Shown one piece after another: positions 61,531 to 64,000 of a DNA stretch of 64,000 nt. Below the pieces are notes generated by a model. It was given only the letters and a program-made list of their open reading frames with translations. It was not told where the DNA came from and did not search any database. The DNA comes from Selaginella moellendorffii. Its lineage: Eukaryota; Plantae; Lycopodiophyta. Position 1 is the first letter of the stretch. Every line of letters begins with the position of its first letter. The position numbers were made by a program, and so were the translations under genes. Location: NCBI RefSeq assembly GCF_000143415.4, contig NW_003314268.1, forward strand, positions 1,938,494 through 2,002,493, written 5' to 3'.

Positions 61531-61571
61531 CCATAGCTAGCTACCTCCTAGGGGCACAAATAAACACTCCA

Positions 61572-63138
61572 TCAGCGTGTGGCCAGCGCCTCGATCTCCT
61601 TGACCAGCAGCTCCTTTTCTTCCTCAAACTGCTCGTCCTCTGGAGGTGAACATGCACACGTCCACATGCACGTATGGTGGAGCAGCAGCAAAGGTTTGTG
61701 AGAATATACGTACCCTTGTCAAGGTGGAAGTTGTCCAGAAAGCGCAGCAGTCTGTCTCTGTTCTTTGCCAAGACGTGCACGATGGGGGCTGGCTTCTTCG
61801 GGTTTGCAACAAATACCTGCACAAGGACAAGAGAGCTCGCCATTTGCTGATCGACGAGGCGCACCTTGAATATATGGAACGCAGACGACTGGATGCTCTT
61901 GCTTGGGTCCTGGGCCAGAATAAGCTTTTACTTACATTGGCATACGTAGAAGCAAGCAACGGACCTTGAGAAGCGTCATGACTATCAGCAAATTGCGCTT
62001 GTCCGAGATGTACCGTAGCATGACTTGCGTGTTAGATCTGTCCAGGAGAAAATCCCCGAGCAACTGAAGAATAAAGAGGGAGAAGAGCATTAAAAAAAAC
62101 AAAAAAGCACACACACACACACACACAGGCCCACCTTGAGAGATTGCCGTTTTGTGACATAGTTGCTGGAGCTTAGCAGCCGCTCGTACAGCTCAAAAAA
62201 CTGATCACGACACCCAAGTGAAACATTTGAGCTGTGGCGACGCTTACCTGGTCATAGTGCGAGTTAAGGTAGTTATTTACAACGCTCCCATGCCTGGTGA
62301 GAAGCTCCTGCGCCAAACGTAAACGTAACAGAGAAAACAGCGCAGAGGGCTACCTTAAACGTGGTGAAGGCATCCGAGGCAATATCGAAGTTGGGAAGCT
62401 CCACGAGTTTGAAAAACAGCTCGAAGCTGGCCGACTCGAGCATGTATCTGGAAAGCGGGCGACAGCTAGTAATGCAACGAATGCGTTGCATGGGCGATTT
62501 CACTCACGCTGCTAGGCTTGCAAAGCGGGAGCACTCCCTTAGCATGACGCCACAGTTGAGAGCAGTGTCCTTGTTCTGATAGCTGCACCCTCAGCCAGGC
62601 TTTCATAATAGCGCGACAGCCCGTTGTTTGCCTACTTACCACGAGATGAGGAAATCTAGAAGCTCGGGGTGATTTTCCAGGCAGTGTACCGCGAGGCCAC
62701 CCTTTTGGCGCAGAAGAATGCACCATACCTGGACTGTATCCTTCCTTGCCTGCCGATCAATCAATGAGCTGGCGAAATGCACACACACAAACGCTCGTTA
62801 CCTCCCAGCCTAGATTAGGGAGCTTGTGGATGAGAATTTCCAGAAAGTCATCCTTGCACACCTCGGCTACAAGCTGCACAACCAGATCTGGGCTGGGCTC
62901 TGCCTCGCCATCGCCGAGGATCATGTGTTTCATGGCCAAGAGGTTCTTGTCCACTTCCTCGAGCGCCTGGAGGGGAGAGAGTGGGAGTGGCATGAGAACA
63001 GCTCTTTCTGTTTACCTTGTCCAGCAGCCGCACATCCGCCACGGTCTTGTCATCCAGGGCAGCGAGCGCGTCCCGCGTCGACTTGACGAGCTCAGCTGCG
63101 CTCTTAGGTCTGAATGGCTTGAAGAAAATGAAGGACAT
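61572..63138 (-). CDS. MO25: MO25/CAB39-family protein
   Basis: FFKPFRPKSAAELVK..; VELPNFDIASDAFTTFK; SNYVTKRQSLK|LLGDFLLD; VFVANPKKP; EDEQFEEEKELLVKEI. Multiple short introns. Confidence 0.92.
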
Positions 63139-63329
63139 AGCTCCCTAGGTTCAGGTCAGGGTTTTGATTCATACTTATTTCTCAACAGGGGGAAACAAAT
63201 GTACACAACATCACATAAGACCCCAGCCCACAAGCTTTGCATGGCAGACTGGACAGTGGCCCCGTGCCCGGACGCACGACGAACAAAACGATGCGTGGCC
63301 GCAATCCTGGCAAAACACACACATTTAAA

Positions 63330-64000
63330 TCACTCGAGAGGGGGCGTGAGTTTGCTTACCGTGAGACGAGTAGCGCCGCCACGCGCACGCGGCCTCTCAA
63401 CACACAGCATGCAGAGCTCGTCTCCAAAGAGGTTGTGCTCTCTGCCCTGCTGCTGCTGCGGCAGCGCAGGCAAAATCTCCCGGAAGAAATCGTACTTTGG
63501 AAAGTCAAAAGGCGTGGTGGACACGTCCAGGGAGGAGGTCTTGAGGGAGGGAGCGCTTTCCTGCGCTATTGACAGTGGCAGTGGCAATCCCCCGTTGCCG
63601 AAGACACTAAACAAGCTGGATTCCACCTGAAGTGAATGCTGGCTGGCGTGGCTGGCGACTTGCTTCGCTCTGCCATGGCCATCAGGCTCTGCCTCCCTTC
63701 CATCCCTCGACGACGCTCCGGCAGCCTGGAGGTGACGGAGCCAGGCACGGTGCGGGGGAAAGGGGACGTCATCCAGGCCGGGAGCCCCGCTGCCGCTGTT
63801 GCAGTTGCTGGTGCTGGTGGCCGCGGCAGCCACAGAAACCGGTGAAGGGGAGGAGGAAGACGGAGTCCTGGACGACGCGAGTTGGTGAGAGAATGCCTTT
63901 CGAGGTGGTGGCTGATAGTAAAACTCAACCCCGTTGATGACATGTTCACGCTGAACAAATTCACCCCTTCTCTTGCACTCGCACAGTTCCCTGTACTTGG
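63330..64000 (-). CDS. Hypothetical protein, 3' part (5' end outside the window)
   Basis: One frame is open from the window end to 63330 (KYRELCECKRRG...PFDFPKYDFFREILP). The family was not recognised. Confidence 0.45.
   Translation of the reverse strand, partial: KYRELCECKRRGEFVQREHVINGVEFYYQPPPRKAFSHQLASSRTPSSSSPSPVSVAAAATSTSNCNSGSGAPGLDDVPFPPHRAWLRHLQAAGASSRDGREAEPDGHGRAKQVASHASQHSLQVESSLFSVFGNGGLPLPLSIAQESAPSLKTSSLDVSTTPFDFPKYDFFREILPALPQQQQGREHNLFGDELCMLCVERPRARGGATRLTVSKLTPPLE

Overview
This is eukaryotic plant DNA, most likely the lycophyte Selaginella (inferred from 40-60 nt introns, Selaginella-style PLS-PPR repeats, an ALDH21 fragment and very compact gene spacing). The window has two compartments. 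(1) About 1-44 kb is an AT-rich nest of Helitrons. It has nine recognisable 3' termini (hairpin plus CTRR or a variant), several 5'-terminus modules abutting them, and a RepHel remnant carrying a micro-inversion. It also holds at least 14 unrelated, decayed, mostly intron-containing host gene fragments: AAE, purple acid phosphatase, Kelch, peroxidase x3, ALDH21, Tic32-like SDR, FGAM synthase, PEPC, PGI, DUF2358, a kinase, LAF3-like amidohydrolase, MRL1-like PPR and laccase. A 3.4 kb chromovirus with 112-bp LTRs and no PR/RT is nested in it. (2) About 46.7-64 kb is a gene-dense block, GC-rich from about 52 kb. It contains an LEA_2/NHL cluster, a coiled-coil gene, a PLS-E PPR gene, a bZIP60 orthologue with an IRE1 twin-loop split by a spliceosomal intron, a three-exon RGF/GOLVEN peptide precursor (its peptide-coding exon is absent from the ORF track), CTP synthase, a trihelix gene, an At3g17950-like gene and MO25. 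All family assignments come from recalled motifs, not database searches, and the boundaries of decayed fragments are approximate. Eight N-gaps interrupt the left part.
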